Made by a program: the position numbers and the translations under genes
Shown here: one piece after another, positions 61,801 through 64,000 of the stretch
How the letters are laid out: each line of letters opens with the position of its first letter
How positions within the stretch are numbered: position 1 is the stretch's first letter
Notes under the pieces: model-generated
Seen by the model: only the letters and a program-made list of their open reading frames with translations
Databases searched by the model: none
What the model was told of the DNA's origin: nothing
Origin: Tubulanus polymorphus
Taxonomy: Eukaryota; Animalia; Nemertea
Assembly: GCF_964204645.1 (NCBI RefSeq)
Contig: NC_134034.1
Coordinates: 1,178,001 to 1,242,000 of the forward strand
Length of the DNA stretch: 64,000 nucleotides
Reading direction: 5' to 3'

Positions 61801-64000
61801 GCCACAAGTGGAATCCTCTATTGCCGCAGTAGTTGATGTCCTACTGCACGCTAGCGACACCTGGTGGATCCTCACTTGCCACAAGTGGAATCCTCTATTG
61901 CCGCAGTAGTTGATGTCCTACTGCACGCAAGCGACACCTGGTGGATCCTCACTTGCCACAAGTGGAATCCTCTATTGCCGCAGTAGTTGATGTCCTACTG
62001 CACACTAGCGACACCTGGTAGATCCTCACTTGCCATAAGTAGAATCCTCTATTGAAGCAGTAGCATCATCCGAAACCCCATATCAAACCCTGGTTTTTAA
62101 CTTTTAACTATTTCGTAATCATTTTATTTTCGATAGAATGCGTCAGTCTGGTAAATACAGCGGTAAAGGAAGTCCGTGGCCGCCGTTCCGTCTGCCGAGG
62201 AAACCCCCAGCGGCTCTCGCCGGATTGAACAACATTCTCAACAGTAGAAACCTTCACAGCGTCTTATTCACAATTCTCTACAAGGTAAAACAGAGGAGGG
62301 TGGCGCCGTCTACCTGGCGAAATCAGGGAAAATTCAGAGAATAGTCGCGGAAATTAGTTTAGATTGCTCGATTGAAAATAATCAAACAGTAAACGTCGAT
62401 GTGTTACGTATTTGACTGTGTTAATTGATCGGATTCTTAGCGGATCAGGAAAAACTGACATGTCGGGGAATAATCAGGGGGAAATCAAAACGGCAAACGA
62501 AAATGGCCACCCTGATTGTATCCTCGAAATTGAGATATCTTGATATCCTCAAAACATAGATACCGACGAAAATCAGATACCCTCGACAAAATTCTGATAA
62601 CCTCAAAATATAGATCTCCTCGATGTTCATTGCTGTAAGTTTGTTGATGTTGTTTTTGTAGGCATTGACTCAATCGCATATACCAGAGGGTGTTCTGTAT
62701 TTGGCGATTTATTTGCTGGAAATAGCGGTGAAGAACGCGCCCCCTACCGCGAATGACGGAACTACTACGCCGTCGTCGTTATCAACGGACGTAAAAGATA
62801 GAGTTTTGAGCGATTGGTTCCCGAGCGATTCGATTATTCGTAATATCGGACACACGATCGAGAGCGTGTCGACGCTGGTGATGAAAACAGGGCTGACGGA
62901 TTCACAACAGCAGACGGATTTACAGCAGGCGCCATCTACGCAGAATGAATTCACTCAAACAGGTTGGTTGAAATATTGATCATATAATATCTTTTGTGTA
63001 GGGGAGAGGAAGAGAGTGGGATTTGCAGGGACAGAGAGAGAGAGAGAGGGAGAGAGGGAGAGAGGGAGAGATGGAGATGGAGATGGAGAGAGAGAGACAG
63101 AGAGAGGGAGAGAGGGAAGAGAGAGGGAGAGGGAGAGGGAGAGAGAAGGTAGAGGGAGGGAGAGGGAGGGAGGGAGGGAGAGAGGGAGAGGGAGAGGGAG
63201 GGAAGGTAGAGAGAGAAGGTAGAGGGAGAGAGGGAAATGAAGAGGGAGAGAGGGAAGAGAGAGGGAGAGGGAGAGGGAGAGGGAGAGGGAGAGGGAGGGA
63301 GGGAGGGAGGGAGAGGGAGAGAGAGAAGGTAGAGGGAGAGAGGGAAACGAAGAGGGAGAGGGAGATAGGGAGGGATGGACTTCGGTTTTAAAACTACACG
63401 TAGTAGTTCGACATTTCTAATGTTTTTACCCAAATATTTACCAACAACTTTAGGAACTTGGTCGTAATGCTTCTTGAGGAATTTAGATTCATTCGAAATG
63501 TAGAAAATTTTGCTTGATCGTTGTTCTAATTCACGTTAATAATAAAATTTCAGATTCGGCGTCTGCCTCGACTTCGACAGCGGTCACCGCCGCGATGGGA
63601 GCAACGGGCGCGATAGTTCTTCCGACTCTTCCTCAAGACGGGCCTCACTCGACCGCGTTATTCGTTGGAATACCGACTCCCCTTTCCGATTACAACGCCC
63701 TATCAATCATACAACAAGTCATCGACAACGCCGACGATGAGCAGACGGATTTCGAACCGTCGCGCGCGGCGATGCGTCGTCTGCTCGCGCGTAGTTTCAA
63801 CAATCGTCAAGTTCGAATCGACGAGAGTATTCTATCGCTGCTCGTGAAGCTGCACGCGAAACTTTCGGACCGTGGCAGCGCGTACGCGGTCGACCGCGGC
63901 CGTCTGCCGTCGTCGTCTCGCGTCGGTGACGGTGAATTCTTCATCGGGAATCTGTTGGATTCGATCGTGCAGACGGACAACCGGTTGGCTGAACAGGTCG
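52862..64000 (+). CDS. UBR3: E3 ubiquitin-protein ligase UBR3 (UBR-box N-recognin family), 5' partial
   Basis: Exons 52862-53102, 53673-53886 (UBR box: [50 protein letters not shown]), 54535-54671, 55236-55382, 55636-55776, 55872-56005 ([22 protein letters not shown]), 56667-56895 ([15 protein letters not shown]), 57404/57410-57583, 58196-58329, 58410-58502, 59106-59261 ([13 protein letters not shown]), 59368-59496 ([25 protein letters not shown]), 59950-60133, 60868-61013, 61374-61446, 61584-61680, 62137-62284, 62662-62962, 63554->64000 ([15 protein letters not shown]). All GT-AG and in phase. Confidence 0.95.
53924..54198. mobile_element. piggyBac-like MITE (TTAA TSD), copy 4, in UBR3 intron 2
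   Basis: TTAA-CCCTTTCAGTGC...GCACTGAAAGGG-TTAA. Confidence 0.85.
54311..54441. mobile_element. Harbinger-like MITE (GGGCCAGTT ends, CTTAAG-rich); relatives at ~13735-13975, 19073-19218, 37030-37250, 38620-38745
   Basis: GGGGCCAGTTGCACAGTC...GACTATGGAACTGGGCCC terminal inverted repeats; dispersed similar copies. Confidence 0.65.
54800..55200. repeat. 51-bp tandem repeat; relatives at ~17730-17890, 21650-21990, 22910-23030
   Basis: GGGCTAAGCTAATTTCAGTCCAGTTCCACTGTTAAGAGTAAAGATAAGTCC. Confidence 0.9.
56270..56630. repeat. 55-bp tandem repeat; reverse-strand relatives at ~7995-8255 and 22440-22625
   Basis: GGGTGGCTCCAGGAATATCTTRATCATGGTATTCGKAGT... Confidence 0.9.
56900..58170 (+). repeat. 79-bp dispersed intronic tandem repeat family (AGATGTCTGCCTCCATAAATCCCCCTATGACATCATCAAATTGTCTACTAGTGATTTGATCTATAGACACTTCTAGAAA), arrays in UBR3 introns 7 and 8
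   Basis: 79-bp period at 57034/57113/57192. Other arrays at ~3995-4200, 11480-12185, 13195-13475, 15630-16210, 19665-19920, 24458-24990, 27935-28105, 36315-36515, 39015-39345, 55395-55570, 59500-59900. Confidence 0.9.
58863..58986. mobile_element. PIF/Harbinger-like MITE with CAG target duplication
   Basis: cag-GGCCCAGTTTCACAAAAA...TTTTTGTGAAACTGGGCC-cag. Confidence 0.7.
60148..60812. repeat. 27-bp minisatellite derived from a MITE end (ACAACTGTGGAACTGGGCCAAGAACCC)
   Basis: Fills UBR3 intron 13; explains the ORFs at 60058-60644. Confidence 0.95.
61695..62065. repeat. 77-bp tandem repeat; relatives at ~14555-14885, 17055-17355, 28387-28575
   Basis: GCGACACCTGGTGGATCCTCACTTGCCACAAGTGGAATCCTCTATTGCCGCAGTAGTTGATGTCCTACTGCACGCTA. 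Confidence 0.95.
63000..63378. repeat. Polypurine (GA/GGAGAG) tract
   Basis: Low-complexity purine run in UBR3 intron 18. Confidence 0.95.

Noticed and set aside
62951-63433. Pro/Ser- and Glu/Arg-rich ORFs
   Set aside because: Polypurine low-complexity tract in a UBR3 intron.

Overview
Intron-rich, AT-rich metazoan genomic DNA, probably a marine invertebrate such as a lophotrochozoan (taxon is inference only). There is no prokaryotic content and no CRISPR array. Four protein-coding genes can be rebuilt by hand with GT-AG, phase-consistent exons. (1) A polycystin-1 family gene, PKD1L1-like, on the minus strand: 30 exons visible at 32943->10741, about 2245 codons, with signal peptide, WSC, many PKD repeats and REJ; its 3' part is not found in the window. 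(2) TMEM218, plus strand, complete at 116 aa, head-to-head with the polycystin gene. (3) ORMDL, minus strand, complete at 153 aa. (4) The 5' part of UBR3, plus strand, 19 exons, running off the window. Introns are packed with MITEs (piggyBac-like TTAA, Harbinger-like CWG, a 500-bp foldback) and minisatellites, and most short ORFs in the ORF track are repeat artefacts. The most unusual signal is a ~620-nt non-coding inverted repeat at 49196-49817. Its arm mismatches are strongly biased to G-U wobble on the minus strand, it sits in a splice-site-bounded candidate exon, and it encloses a duplicated structured module (candidate hairpin-RNA/endo-siRNA gene or ADAR-edited retro-copy). Penelope-type minimal hammerhead motifs occur as an inverted pair just 3' of TMEM218 and as a degenerate 71-bp tandem array.
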